A stretch of DNA of 64,000 bases from a phage. Location of the stretch: sequence record PQ400055.1, one strand, 5' to 3'. The notes under the pieces were generated by a model. That model saw nothing but the letters and a program-made list of their open reading frames with translations, did not search any database and was not told where the DNA came from. The position numbers and the translations under genes are program-made. Below, piece after piece: positions 36,304-50,785 of the stretch; the stretch's first letter is position 1, and each line of letters starts with the position of its first letter.

Positions 36304-38072
36304 TGATTGAACAATTAAACATCCACGAGATCCCACATGTTGACGGTGTACCAAGCGAAGGACAGCACCGTATTAACTGGATCAAGAATGGCGAATGTTT
36401 AAGCGCAGCAACGACACAGACTGGCAATGACGGGACGCTTAACCGCGCCCCGGTTGCAATTCAAGAAAACGTTGCACGCGTAAACGAAAACGCAAAATCA
36501 ACCGTCGCTAAAGTTAACGAGGTTGTAACGGCGGTTAACGATATTAAAACAACTTTAGGGGTAATTTCTGACGGAAGTATCATTGATGTGGTTAACCAGA
36601 CTGTCGCAAAAGTTGAATCCGTCGAAGATAACTTAGGAGAAACAGCAAGAACTCTACAAACAACGGTAGACGCTGTATCAGAACTTAACATCAAGATTGG
36701 TGATCGCCCCGCTGCCGATCCTAGCACAAGAACAATCTATGATGACATTTCTTTCATCAAACAAGAAATGGGTTCTTATCCTAACTTTAATATCAATGGT
36801 TCCCCTGATGCTGGCAGTTCCGGTTCTGGCATCAAATACCGAGTTATTCAGAATACCGCAGCATTAAATGACCACGGTCGCCGAATCATTCAGCTTGAAA
36901 ACGACTGGCAAGATTCTGACGTAGGCGAGTTAACAAAACAAGTTAACAAAATGCGCAGTGAGATCGGCGACACGTCTCTTGCAACACAAGAAAATGTGTA
37001 TGTTCGTCTCCGCACCAACGCAAGAAACATTGCTAACTTATCAAACGAAGTTCTAGAAGTCAAGAAAGCAATTTTGTTTGATTCAATCCCTGATATCGGG
37101 ACTAAAGTCACTACGCTGGGAACTAATTATGAACGTCTAAACAATGATGTTAATGGTGTAGATTCCGGTATTCGTCCTCGTCTTCTGGCTGTCGAGAATA
37201 AGATCGGAACGCCTCAATCGGCCGGAAGCATTGATTATCGATTAACCAACACAGAGCGAGAATTTTTAGATCTTAAACAGGTTGTTGGTGTAAGCGGTGC
37301 TGACGGTTTGCGCGGTGAAGTTGTTCGACTTTCCAATGAGATTGGCACTGACAGCGATCGACATACTCTAGCCGGACGTATTAAAGTTGTAGAAAACACT
37401 CAGGGTCGGTTAGAAGCAAGCGTACAGGACATGGAACAGATTGTAGGTGATCGCGAATCAGGTTTGACCGCTGGCGTTATTAAACTATCAAGTGATATCT
37501 ATGGCGATGATGGTTCAGAAGATCCATTTACTCAGAAAGGCGTGATTAAAATCGTCAAAGAGCTACAAACATCTAACGGAAACAAAGTAGATGATGTACC
37601 TGATGACGGTTTCCATTATCTGCGTAAGCGCGGAGAATGGGTGCAAGTTGCATATGCTGCTGGAGCATTTAAAAATACCGCAGATATTACGGTTGAACTG
37701 GACGAACAGGATGTTTATAAACAGATTCCGCTTAACGACATGGCGGAAGAAGTTAATGCGCGTCAAATGGTGAAAAGTGAATCTGTTATTACCGTTCAGG
37801 ACAAAGGTTTATTCCGTTGTGTATTCCGTTGTGCTGTACAAGCTCAACATAATGCAACATTCATTGTTGCGATTTTCAAAAATGGACAGATGGTACATGA
37901 AGCGAAAAATGGTCATTACGGCACAGACGAATTGATCAGCTATTCTACCAGTGCTTTCCTAAATATTGAAAAGGGCGATCAGATTAACATCCGTATTAAG
38001 GGTGTATCTGCCGAAGCAGTAGCACAGCCAGTACAAATTAAAGAGTTCCTCTTTGGGATTTCTCCGGTATAA
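36303..38072 (+). CDS. wac: fibritin (whisker) with extra C-terminal domain
   Basis: N-terminus ...VDGVPSEGQHRINWIKNGE matches fibritin; foldon-like DGFHYLRKRGEWVQV followed by ~130 extra residues. Confidence 0.85.
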   Translation: MIEQLNIHEIPHVDGVPSEGQHRINWIKNGECLSAATTQTGNDGTLNRAPVAIQENVARVNENAKSTVAKVNEVVTAVNDIKTTLGVISDGSIIDVVNQTVAKVESVEDNLGETARTLQTTVDAVSELNIKIGDRPAADPSTRTIYDDISFIKQEMGSYPNFNINGSPDAGSSGSGIKYRVIQNTAALNDHGRRIIQLENDWQDSDVGELTKQVNKMRSEIGDTSLATQENVYVRLRTNARNIANLSNEVLEVKKAILFDSIPDIGTKVTTLGTNYERLNNDVNGVDSGIRPRLLAVENKIGTPQSAGSIDYRLTNTEREFLDLKQVVGVSGADGLRGEVVRLSNEIGTDSDRHTLAGRIKVVENTQGRLEASVQDMEQIVGDRESGLTAGVIKLSSDIYGDDGSEDPFTQKGVIKIVKELQTSNGNKVDDVPDDGFHYLRKRGEWVQVAYAAGAFKNTADITVELDEQDVYKQIPLNDMAEEVNARQMVKSESVITVQDKGLFRCVFRCAVQAQHNATFIVAIFKNGQMVHEAKNGHYGTDELISYSTSAFLNIEKGDQINIRIKGVSAEAVAQPVQIKEFLFGISPV

Positions 38073-38079
38073 GAAATTA

Positions 38080-38103
38080 AAGGGGCGTTAAGCCCCTTTT
38101 TCG
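38080..38103 (+). terminator. hairpin terminator after wac
   Basis: ggggc-gtta-gcccc followed by TTTTT. Confidence 0.55.
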
Positions 38104-38118
38104 TTTATAGGTGATATT

Positions 38119-39051
38119 ATGTCAGGATATGTAACCAATAACCCAAGAGAATTAAAAGACGCTATTCTGCGTCGTTTAGGCGCACCAGTAATTAACGTAG
38201 AAGTAACAGAAGACCAGATTTACGATTGTATTCAGAGAGCACTAGAACTCTATGGGGAATATCATTTCGATGGTGTGAATAAAGGATATAAAGTATTTCG
38301 TGTTAGTGCAGAACAAGCGCAACACGGGGTATTTGATTTAAGCGATTCTGGTGTATTTGCAGTAACTAAAATAATTCGAACAAACGTAGGTAGCGCGGCT
38401 ACGATGGATGGTACTGCCGTTTATCCGTGGTTCACCGACTTTCTGTTGGGTTTAGCGGGTGTAAATGGCGGTTTAGGATCTGGCTGTAGTAAATTTTATG
38501 GTCCAAATGCAATGGGTGGTGATCTAGGATATTTCGAACAGCTTATGAGCTATCGAGCCACTATGCAAAATATGCTCAATCCGCTGCCAGATTATTGGTA
38601 TAACAGCGCAAACGGACAACTTAAGATAACAGGAAACTTCCGAGAAGGTGATCTCATTGTTGTTGAATTATATGTTAAAAGCTATGTAGACGTTCCTGAT
38701 ATGATCGGCGCGGTTGCTGGTTATGCTCATGCTGGAGGATGTTCTACCGCTGGCGGGATTAGCGCCGTTTATGATAATCCAACTGCTGGTTTAAGCGGGA
38801 TTGTTGCTGGCATGGGACCGATCAGTGAGAACAAGCAGGGCGCATATAATAACCGTTGGGTTAAAGACATGGCAACCGCTTTCACTAAGGAGGTGTGGGG
38901 GTCTATCATGGCTAAACATCAAGGTCTGCAATTACCCGGCGGTGTCACTGTTGATGGTATCCGAATCATTGAAGAAGCACGCGCCGACATTGAGAAATTG
39001 CGACAAGAACTAGAATTATTAGATCCTCCGTTCGGCATCCTCATGATTTGA
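38119..39051 (+). CDS. 13: neck protein gp13
   Basis: 310 aa, synteny. Confidence 0.8.
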   Translation: MSGYVTNNPRELKDAILRRLGAPVINVEVTEDQIYDCIQRALELYGEYHFDGVNKGYKVFRVSAEQAQHGVFDLSDSGVFAVTKIIRTNVGSAATMDGTAVYPWFTDFLLGLAGVNGGLGSGCSKFYGPNAMGGDLGYFEQLMSYRATMQNMLNPLPDYWYNSANGQLKITGNFREGDLIVVELYVKSYVDVPDMIGAVAGYAHAGGCSTAGGISAVYDNPTAGLSGIVAGMGPISENKQGAYNNRWVKDMATAFTKEVWGSIMAKHQGLQLPGGVTVDGIRIIEEARADIEKLRQELELLDPPFGILMI

Positions 39052-39087
39052 TTTATTGGGGGAGTATTCCCCCATTTGGAGTAACAT

Positions 39088-39828
39088 ATGTTTAACAACA
39101 CTCTTTTTGCTCGCATTGAATCGCAAAAGGATTATGAGAATACACGACAAACAGAGATTCTTAATCCTTATGTGAACTTTCACAAATATACAAATACTCA
39201 GACGTTAGCCGACGTTATGGTCGCCGAAGCTATTCAGATGCGAGGTGTAGAATTATATTACATCCCTCGTGAATTTGTCAAGCCAGATATGATCTTTGGT
39301 GAGGATGTTCAAAGCAAATTTACTAAAGCATGGAAATTTGCGGCGTATATTAACTCATTTGATGGGTATGAAGGAGCGGGTAATTTCTTCTCTAGTTTCG
39401 GGTATCAAGCTAATGATGAATTAACTTTTACGGTTAACCCCAACCTATTCAAACATCAAGTAGATGATCAAGAGCCAAAATCAGGTGACTTAATTTATAT
39501 TCCGATGAGTAATGATTTATTTGAAATTAATTACGTTGAGCCATATCAGCCGTTTTTTCAGGCTGGCAAAAATGCCATGCGTAAAATTATTGCAGAGAAA
39601 TTCGTGTATAGCGGTGAGGAATTGCGACCAGAATTACAACGCAATGAGGGAATTAATGTTGATGAGTTTGCGGATCTGGATCTTGCACCGATCACTAATC
39701 TGGACGGGTTAACAGATATCAACCTAGATCAGTACAAAGAAGATAAGCAATTCAGAAGCGAAGGACAAGATTTTATTGATCCGTTTGATCCTATTAATGG
39801 CAAGGGTTCACCTTTCGCCGATTTTTGA
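39088..39828 (+). CDS. 14: neck protein gp14
   Basis: 246 aa, synteny. Confidence 0.8.
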   Translation: MFNNTLFARIESQKDYENTRQTEILNPYVNFHKYTNTQTLADVMVAEAIQMRGVELYYIPREFVKPDMIFGEDVQSKFTKAWKFAAYINSFDGYEGAGNFFSSFGYQANDELTFTVNPNLFKHQVDDQEPKSGDLIYIPMSNDLFEINYVEPYQPFFQAGKNAMRKIIAEKFVYSGEELRPELQRNEGINVDEFADLDLAPITNLDGLTDINLDQYKEDKQFRSEGQDFIDPFDPINGKGSPFADF

Positions 39829-40688
39829 TAAATACTCATAAACAAGGGGGTCAAATGTTCGGTTGGCACTATAATTCGTCAATTAGACGGTATATTGTAT
39901 TGCTGGGTAATTTATTCTCCGGCGTACAAATTAAAAGGGTGCGTAGTGACGGTGAGCGGTTTATTAAAGTTCCTATCACCTACGCAAAGAAAGAAAAATT
40001 CATGATGAGTCTGGACAAATATAACAATATCTCAAGTGAGGAAGACGTAGCAAAGGTAGAAACTATTTTACCGCGTATGTGTCTTTCTTTGATTGATATG
40101 ACATACGCCCAGAACTTTAAAACCAATATTGCAAATAAGACAGTACCAAAATATACGGCTGATGGAATCAGGAGCGTAACACAATATAATCCTGTACCAT
40201 ATAAGTTTACTTTCGAGTTAGGGATTTATACGCGTAACGAAGATGATATGTTTCAAATAATTGAACAGATTCTTCCTTACTTCCAGCCTCATTTTAACTG
40301 TAAGATTAAAGAACTACACGGTAATGATGTATGGATTGATCGAGATATTCAGGTCACAATTAGTTCTATTACTCCAGATGAACAGGTAGGCGAAGATAAG
40401 TTTTCTCGTCGTCGTCTTGAGTGGACCATTATGTTTGAGTTCATCGGGTTTATCTATCCTCCAGCCACCGACGTTAAGGGGGAAATTAGAACGATTTATC
40501 TTGATTTTCATGCTAATTCTCGTGAATTAAATCCTAGCGGTAATTTTGAATCTGTGGATCATGAAGTTGTTAAACGTGATGTTGAGCAAGAAGAATGGGA
40601 CGGAACTATCAAAGAATCATATTCTAGTGATATTCCAATACCAGTTGCACCGACTCCACCGGGTCCACGTATTGTAAGAGAATTTTAA
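39825..40688 (+). CDS. 15: tail sheath stabiliser/terminator gp15
   Basis: 287 aa, synteny. Confidence 0.8.
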   Translation: MINTHKQGGQMFGWHYNSSIRRYIVLLGNLFSGVQIKRVRSDGERFIKVPITYAKKEKFMMSLDKYNNISSEEDVAKVETILPRMCLSLIDMTYAQNFKTNIANKTVPKYTADGIRSVTQYNPVPYKFTFELGIYTRNEDDMFQIIEQILPYFQPHFNCKIKELHGNDVWIDRDIQVTISSITPDEQVGEDKFSRRRLEWTIMFEFIGFIYPPATDVKGEIRTIYLDFHANSRELNPSGNFESVDHEVVKRDVEQEEWDGTIKESYSSDIPIPVAPTPPGPRIVREF

Positions 40689-40701
40689 GAGGTAATTTAT
40701 T

Positions 40702-44310
<3,609 letters not shown>

Positions 44311-44341
44311 CGATAATGCATAAAAAGATGAGGAAATTCTA

Positions 44342-46345
44342 ATGACTCTATTATCACCGGGTTTCGAAACGAAAGAAACTACTCTCTCCACTACCATTGT
44401 GCAATCTGCGACTGGTCGCGCTGCACTGGTAGGTAAATTCCAATGGGGTCCAGCTTTCCAGATTATTCAAGTAACTAATGAAGTTGAATTAGTTAATAAA
44501 TTTGGTCAGCCGGATAATAACACCGCAGACTATTTCATGAGCGGGGCTAACTTCCTCCAGTATGGCAATGACCTGCGTGTTGTTCGTGTATTGAATAAAG
44601 AAAAAGCGAAAAACGCAACTGCCCTAGCTGGTAACATCGAGTTTGAAATCACAAACGAAGGTTCAAACTATGAAGTAGGCGATACCATCAAGATTAAACA
44701 TAACCGTCAAGATATTGAAACGGCTGGTAAAGTAACTAAAGTTGATGGTGATGGTAAAGTTAAGGGCGTATTTATCCCAACTGGTAAAATTATCGCTCAC
44801 GCTAAAGCAATCGGTGTATATCCAGAACTTGATGGCGGTTGGACGGCAGAGTTCACTTCTTCGTCAGGTAACGGTAGTGCGGCGCTGTCAGTAACTAAAA
44901 TTGTTACTGATTCCGGTCTTCTGTTAACGGATCTGGAAACTTCCCGCGCCAATATCACAAATCAGACTTTCTTGACTAAACTCCAGAAGTATGATATGCC
45001 AGCGGTAAGCGCGATCTATGCTGGTGAGATTGGCAACTCGCTGGAAGTTGAAATTCTGGCACGTAGCGCGTTCAGTGGCGCGGTAGCACCTGAATTAACT
45101 ATATATCCGTTCGGCGGAACTCGTGCCGCAGCACGCAACCTGATTCCATATGCACCGCAGAATGATAATCAATATGCATTTATTGTTCGTCGCGATGGTG
45201 TTGTGGTAGAATCCTATGTACTGTCTACTCTGAAAGGGGATAAAGACGTATACGGCAATTCTATCTACATGGACGACTTCTTTGCTCGTGGTTCTAGCCA
45301 GTACATCTATGCAACCGCTCAAGGGTGGGTAGATGGTTTCAGTGGTATTATCTCTCTTGCTGGTGGTGTTTCTGCTAACGAAGCAACGACTGCTGGTGTT
45401 GGTGCTGATCCGTTCATCGGTGCGATGATGCAAGGTTGGGATCTGTTTGCTGAACGAGAATCTATTCACGTAAACCTGTTGATCGCTGGTGCATGTGCTG
45501 GCGAAGGCGATGCGTTCTCTACCGTACAGAAACATGCTGTTTCCATCGGCGATGAGCGTCAGGATTGCTTAGTAATGGTTTCTCCGCCGCGTAGCACTGT
45601 TGTTAATATTCCGGTGACTACCGCAATTGATAACCTGATTGCATGGCGCGAAGGTTCAGGAAACTATAATGAAAACAACATGAACATTAATACCACTTAC
45701 GCGGTTATTGATGGTAACTACAAATATCAGTATGACAAATACAACGACGTAAACCGTTGGGTTCCGTTGGCTGCTGATATTGCTGGTTTGTGCGCTCGCA
45801 CTGATGCTGTATCCCAGCCGTGGATGAGTCCGGCAGGTTATAACCGTGGACAGATCATGAACGTGGTTAAACTGGCAATTGAGCCTCGCAAGGCGCACCG
45901 CGATCGTCTGTATCAGGCCGCAATTAACCCGGTAATCGGTGCTGGTGGTGAAGGGTTTATCCTGATGGGTGATAAAACCGCTACGACTGTTCCTAGCCCG
46001 TTTGACCGCATTAACGTTCGTCGTCTGTTTAACATGCTGAAAAAGAATATCGGCGATTCAAGCAAATACAAACTGTTTGAAAACAATGATAACTTTACTC
46101 GCGCTTCCTTCCGTATGGAGGTTTCGCAATATCTCAGCACGATTCGCTCTCTGGGTGGCATTTATGACTTCCGAGTACAATGCGACACCACGAATAACAC
46201 GCCGGATGTAATTGATCGTAACGAATTTGTTGCTAGTATGTTCATCAAACCAGCAAAATCGATCAACTATATCATGCTCAATTTCACTGCTGTTGCAACT
46301 GGTTCTGATTTTGACGAAATTATCGGTCCAGCTAACCAGGCATAA
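44342..46345 (+). CDS. 18: tail sheath protein gp18
   Basis: MTLLSPGFE...GKFQWGPAFQI matches T4 gp18 as recalled. Confidence 0.95.
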   Translation: MTLLSPGFETKETTLSTTIVQSATGRAALVGKFQWGPAFQIIQVTNEVELVNKFGQPDNNTADYFMSGANFLQYGNDLRVVRVLNKEKAKNATALAGNIEFEITNEGSNYEVGDTIKIKHNRQDIETAGKVTKVDGDGKVKGVFIPTGKIIAHAKAIGVYPELDGGWTAEFTSSSGNGSAALSVTKIVTDSGLLLTDLETSRANITNQTFLTKLQKYDMPAVSAIYAGEIGNSLEVEILARSAFSGAVAPELTIYPFGGTRAAARNLIPYAPQNDNQYAFIVRRDGVVVESYVLSTLKGDKDVYGNSIYMDDFFARGSSQYIYATAQGWVDGFSGIISLAGGVSANEATTAGVGADPFIGAMMQGWDLFAERESIHVNLLIAGACAGEGDAFSTVQKHAVSIGDERQDCLVMVSPPRSTVVNIPVTTAIDNLIAWREGSGNYNENNMNINTTYAVIDGNYKYQYDKYNDVNRWVPLAADIAGLCARTDAVSQPWMSPAGYNRGQIMNVVKLAIEPRKAHRDRLYQAAINPVIGAGGEGFILMGDKTATTVPSPFDRINVRRLFNMLKKNIGDSSKYKLFENNDNFTRASFRMEVSQYLSTIRSLGGIYDFRVQCDTTNNTPDVIDRNEFVASMFIKPAKSINYIMLNFTAVATGSDFDEIIGPANQA

Positions 46346-46379
46346 TCAGTAAATTAGCATAGATTAAAAGTTAAATCAA

Positions 46380-46398
46380 GCGGGGAGAAAATCCCCGC
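46380..46398 (+). repeat. GC-rich hairpin gcgggga-loop-tccccgc (copy 1, upstream of gp19)
   Basis: Near-identical hairpin recurs at 46926-46944. Confidence 0.6.
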
Positions 46399-46418
46399 TC
46401 TATTAAGGAATATCAATT

Positions 46419-46913
46419 ATGGCACTCGATTTGAATGATATTACACGCGGTTTCGAGTCTGGCGATTTTGCTCGTCCTAACCTGTTTGAAGTTGAGATCC
46501 CGTATCTGGGGCAAAACTTTAAGCTGATGTGTAAGGCTGCGACTGTCCCGGCTGCTACCGTAGAAAAAATTGCTATAGGCTATCAAAACCGTAAAATTAA
46601 CATCGCTGGCGACCGTGTATACGACGACTGGACCATCACTGTATTCAACGATGACGCACACAAGATCCGTGATGCTATCGTTGCATGGAGCGATCAGACA
46701 CACGGAACTGGTTCGGCGATCACGGGTGCAACTCCTGCACAATATAAGAAACAAGCTATTGTTCGTCAACTTAACCGTAACACCGAATCAACTAGCGAAA
46801 AAACATTGTACGGTATTTTCCCGACCAACGTTGGTGAAGTAACCCTCGATTGGGAACAAAACAACGAAGTTGAAACGTTTGAAGTTACTTTTGCTATCGA
46901 TTGGGTAGAATAA
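46419..46913 (+). CDS. 19: tail tube protein gp19
   Basis: ...FESGDFARPNLFEVEIPYLGQNF... matches T4 gp19 as recalled. Confidence 0.95.
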   Translation: MALDLNDITRGFESGDFARPNLFEVEIPYLGQNFKLMCKAATVPAATVEKIAIGYQNRKINIAGDRVYDDWTITVFNDDAHKIRDAIVAWSDQTHGTGSAITGATPAQYKKQAIVRQLNRNTESTSEKTLYGIFPTNVGEVTLDWEQNNEVETFEVTFAIDWVE

Positions 46914-46925
46914 ATATATTATCAT

Positions 46926-46944
46926 GCGGGGAGAAGTTCCCCGC
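46926..46944 (+). repeat. GC-rich hairpin gcgggga-loop-tccccgc (copy 2, downstream of gp19)
   Basis: Pairs with copy at 46380-46398. Confidence 0.6.
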
Positions 46945-46971
46945 CTAATTTCTCCCAATTCGAGGTGAATA

Positions 46972-48537
46972 ATGTTTAGTAGATTAAAAATGCTTGCGCG
47001 TTGGGCTGATTTTGACAACGACAAATACGAAGAACAAATTAAAGATAAAGCAGAGTCTATCGCCGCACCTAAAAACAATGATGGTGCTACGGAAGTAGAA
47101 ATTAATGATAATTTACCTGCTAGCGCGTGGAACTCTCTTACCCAGCAATTTTACAGCACCGACCAGAAAATCAGCACAACTAAGCAATTAGTTAACACAT
47201 ATCGCGGTTTGATGAATAACCATGAAGTCGAAAACGCTGTACAAAATATCGTTAACGATGCGATTGTATTTGAAGAAGGTCATGAAGTTGTTTCATTAAA
47301 TCTTGAGGCGACTGGCTTTAGTGAATCTGTAAAAGAGCGCATTCATGAAGAATTTAAAGATCTTTTAAACACTATCCAGTTTGATAGGCGCGGTCAGGAT
47401 ATGTTCCGTCGCTGGTATGTCGATTCGCGTATTTTCTTCCATAAAATCATCGGCAAAAATCCAAAAGATGGTATCGTAGAATTACGCCAGCTTGACCCAC
47501 GTAATCTTGAATATGTTCGCGAGATCATTACAGAAGACACACCGGAAGGTAAAATTTATAAAGCAACGAAAGAATATTTCATTTACACTGTAGGCAATAG
47601 CTCTTATTGCGCAGGTGGTCAAGTATTCTCTCCTAATAGTCGCGTTAAAATCCCGCGTAGTGCTATTACATACGCTCACAGCGGCTTGATGGATTGCGAT
47701 GATAAATATATCATTGGTTATTTGCATCGGGCTGTTAAGCCAGCAAACCAGCTTAAATTGTTGGAAGACGCAATGGTCGTTTATCGTATCACGCGTGCAC
47801 CGGAACGCCGAGTGTTCTTTATTGATACCGGAAACATGAACAACCGCAAGGCTGCACAGCACATGAACTCAGTGGCACAGTCTTTTAAAAACCGCGTTGT
47901 TTATGATGCATCGACTGGTAAACTTAAAAACCAGCAAGCAAATCTATCAATGACAGAGGACTACTGGTTACAGCGTCGAGATGGTAAAGCAATCACCGAC
48001 GTTACTACTTTACCCGGTGCATCCGGTATGAGTGATATCGATGATATTCGCTACTTTAACCGTAAATTGTATGAAGCGTTGCGTGTACCATTGTCACGCA
48101 GTAATCTCTCCGATGCTAATATGGTGATCGGTGGTGACGGTTCAGAAATTACTCGCGATGAGTTGGAATTTTCGAAATTCATTAGAACTCTGCAATCACA
48201 GTTTTCGGAAGTATTGCGCGATCCTCTGAAATATAATCTGATTCTCAAAAATGTAATTACGGAAGACGATTGGGATCGTGAAATAAATAATATCAAGGTG
48301 GTTTTCCATCGGGACTCTTATTATACAGAAGTTAAAGACGCGGAAATTTTAGAACGTCGAATCGGTCTAATCGAACGTATTACACCTTACATTGGTAAAT
48401 ATTTCTCTAACCAGACAGTGATGCGTGACATTCTGAAATATACCGATGACCAGATGGACACCGAGAAGAAACAGATCGAAGAAGAAGCGAACGATCCGCG
48501 CTTTAAACAAACTCCCGATGAAATAGAGGATTTTTAA
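46972..48537 (+). CDS. 20: portal protein gp20
   Basis: 521 aa, synteny. Confidence 0.9.
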   Translation: MFSRLKMLARWADFDNDKYEEQIKDKAESIAAPKNNDGATEVEINDNLPASAWNSLTQQFYSTDQKISTTKQLVNTYRGLMNNHEVENAVQNIVNDAIVFEEGHEVVSLNLEATGFSESVKERIHEEFKDLLNTIQFDRRGQDMFRRWYVDSRIFFHKIIGKNPKDGIVELRQLDPRNLEYVREIITEDTPEGKIYKATKEYFIYTVGNSSYCAGGQVFSPNSRVKIPRSAITYAHSGLMDCDDKYIIGYLHRAVKPANQLKLLEDAMVVYRITRAPERRVFFIDTGNMNNRKAAQHMNSVAQSFKNRVVYDASTGKLKNQQANLSMTEDYWLQRRDGKAITDVTTLPGASGMSDIDDIRYFNRKLYEALRVPLSRSNLSDANMVIGGDGSEITRDELEFSKFIRTLQSQFSEVLRDPLKYNLILKNVITEDDWDREINNIKVVFHRDSYYTEVKDAEILERRIGLIERITPYIGKYFSNQTVMRDILKYTDDQMDTEKKQIEEEANDPRFKQTPDEIEDF

Positions 48538-48774
48538 ATGAAACAATTTATCGAAGCAATTAAAACTCGCGATCTAACGCTGATCGAAAAAGAATTTGAT
48601 AAGATCATGGAGGCTAAAAAAGCCCAGATCATCGAATCTCAGCGTGTCGAAATCGCATCCAGTATCATGATCGAAGGTGAAGAAGAAAAAGACCGCGATG
48701 ATGAAGATATGGAAGATGAGGACGAAGACGAAGATCACAAAGACGATAAAAAAGACAAAGAAGACGACGAATAA
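48538..48774 (+). CDS. 67: prohead core protein gp67-like
   Basis: 78 aa, acidic C-terminus, synteny. Confidence 0.7.
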   Translation: MKQFIEAIKTRDLTLIEKEFDKIMEAKKAQIIESQRVEIASSIMIEGEEEKDRDDEDMEDEDEDEDHKDDKKDKEDDE

Positions 48775-48786
48775 TAGGAAGCCAAC

Positions 48787-49194
48787 ATGATTAAAGATTT
48801 TACTCCTAAAGCTGACTTAGAAACTTTTCTGCCGGAAGCACAGGAAAAATTGGACATGTTGGCTATGTTTGAGTCAGAAGAACTATTGAAAATCGTTGAA
48901 GGTATCTCCGAGGATGAGCCGGAACTGGCGGTAGCAATGCTGTCTATCATCGACGGAATTACTGTAAATGAAGCAATGGTTAAACATGTAAACGCACGCG
49001 GGGAAGTTGCACGTAAGAAAGATCGCAAAACCCGTGAGCGCAATGCTTACATGACTACTGGCCTAAGCAAAGCTAAACGCCGTCAAATTGCCCGTCGTGC
49101 TGCAAAAACCAAACGTGCAAATCCATCTATCGAACGTCATGCGGAACGTAAGCGCAAAAAAGCAATGCGTAAACGTAAGGCGTTAGGATTATAA
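48787..49194 (+). CDS. 68: prohead core protein gp68-like
   Basis: 135 aa, basic C-terminus, synteny. Confidence 0.7.
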   Translation: MIKDFTPKADLETFLPEAQEKLDMLAMFESEELLKIVEGISEDEPELAVAMLSIIDGITVNEAMVKHVNARGEVARKKDRKTRERNAYMTTGLSKAKRRQIARRAAKTKRANPSIERHAERKRKKAMRKRKALGL

Positions 49195-49205
49195 CAGGAA
49201 ACAAC

Positions 49206-49901
49206 ATGGAAAAGAACGAATTACTGATCGAACAATGGGGCGTTCCTTGTACTCGCGGTAGTTCGTCATTGCTTGAATCATTTGATGATAAGGCTACAGG
49301 AAATCTCTATATTCAAGGGATTTTCCTGCAAGCCGAAACGGTAAACCGCAATAAACGCTGGTATCCTCGCAGTGTTCTCGAAAATGCGGTTACTAAATAC
49401 ATACATGAACAAGTTGAGACACATCAAGCTCTAGGCGAACTTAATCACCCAGCAAGAGCAATGCCAGATCCATCTAATGCTTGCATCATAATTGAAAAAT
49501 TATGGTGGGAAGGTAATAACGTGATGGGTAAAGCCCGTGTTATTGAAGGGGATAAAGGCGCAGGTGATAAACTTGCTGCACTGATTCGCGCTGGCTGGAT
49601 TCCTGGCGTTTCCTCCCGTGGGTTGGGTCGGTTGAAAGACTCTGGTCGCGGATACAATATTGTACAGGAAGGTTTTGTGTTGACGGTTGGTGTTGATGTT
49701 GTATGGGGTCCAAGCGCACCAGATGCGTGGGTAACTCCTGTGGTTGAGTCAACGGATAGCGATTCTAGCGCGTCAGACGCACCAGAAATCGATAAAACCG
49801 AAAAAGTGACTAACCCTACAGCCTCACAACAAAACATCGTAGAATCGAATAATAGCGCGTTTATGGCGCTCGCAGAAGCGTTATCTAAACGCTATAAATA
49901 A
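49206..49901 (+). CDS. 21: prohead protease gp21
   Basis: Synteny and size. Confidence 0.8.
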   Translation: MEKNELLIEQWGVPCTRGSSSLLESFDDKATGNLYIQGIFLQAETVNRNKRWYPRSVLENAVTKYIHEQVETHQALGELNHPARAMPDPSNACIIIEKLWWEGNNVMGKARVIEGDKGAGDKLAALIRAGWIPGVSSRGLGRLKDSGRGYNIVQEGFVLTVGVDVVWGPSAPDAWVTPVVESTDSDSSASDAPEIDKTEKVTNPTASQQNIVESNNSAFMALAEALSKRYK

Positions 49902-49932
49902 TAACGTCGTTATCAACAAGAAGGTTATAACC

Positions 49933-50727
49933 ATGCTTAAAGAAATGCTGCTCGAAGAAGCAAAACAGATCACCGTAGACGTTGCTCTCGATGACCTGTT
50001 TGAATCCGTCGAACTGTCGCCGGAAGTAAAAGAAAATTTTGGTACTATCTACGCTCAGGCGGTAAAAGCTAATGCTGTTGCTCTGGCAGAAAGCCACATT
50101 GAAAAAATCGCCGCTAAAGCCGATGAACTGGTAGAATCAAAGGTCGAAGAAGCACGCACCGAGATTGAAACCAAACTGTACGAAGATGCAGATAAATTCC
50201 TGAATCACTTAGGCGCTAAATGGCTGGCAGAAAATAAAGAAGCCGTCACCCGTAATATTAAAGCGGATCTGTGCGAATCCCTGATTGGTTCTCTGAAAGA
50301 TGTTTTCGTTACTCACAATGTTGTAGTACCGGAAGAATCTGTAGACGTTGTTGCTGAACTTGACGAAGCACTCAAAGAAGAAAAAGAAAAAACCTCTGAA
50401 CTCTTTGATGCCAAACTGCAACTTGAAAGCGAAATTCGCGGCATGAAGCGCGAACAAGCGATCAATGAAAGCACTCGTGATCTTTCCGATACTCAGAAAG
50501 AAAAAGTAACCGCGCTGATTGAAGGTCTGGAATATAGCGAAACTTTCGATAAGAAATTAACTGCAATTGTCGAAATGGTTGCTAAGAAAGAAGACAAACC
50601 AGCGAAGATTGAAGAATCACTAAATACTGATGCTGACAAGCTGAATGTTATTGCAGAAGCTGTCGAAGAATCAGAGAAAAAAGCAAATGTAGATTCCGGC
50701 GTATCTCGCTACCTGAATTTCATCTAA
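49933..50727 (+). CDS. 22: prohead scaffold protein gp22
   Basis: Acidic coiled-coil, 264 aa, synteny. Confidence 0.8.
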   Translation: MLKEMLLEEAKQITVDVALDDLFESVELSPEVKENFGTIYAQAVKANAVALAESHIEKIAAKADELVESKVEEARTEIETKLYEDADKFLNHLGAKWLAENKEAVTRNIKADLCESLIGSLKDVFVTHNVVVPEESVDVVAELDEALKEEKEKTSELFDAKLQLESEIRGMKREQAINESTRDLSDTQKEKVTALIEGLEYSETFDKKLTAIVEMVAKKEDKPAKIEESLNTDADKLNVIAEAVEESEKKANVDSGVSRYLNFI

Positions 50728-50744
50728 TGCAATTCAAATCTACT

Positions 50745-50752
50745 AATAAATA
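50745..50752 (+). promoter_or_regulatory. late-promoter-like AATAAATA (one mismatch to TATAAATA) upstream of gp23
   Basis: Near-consensus at expected position. Confidence 0.4.
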
Positions 50753-50785
50753 CTTTAGGTTAACAACAAACAAGGTTTAAAGAAC

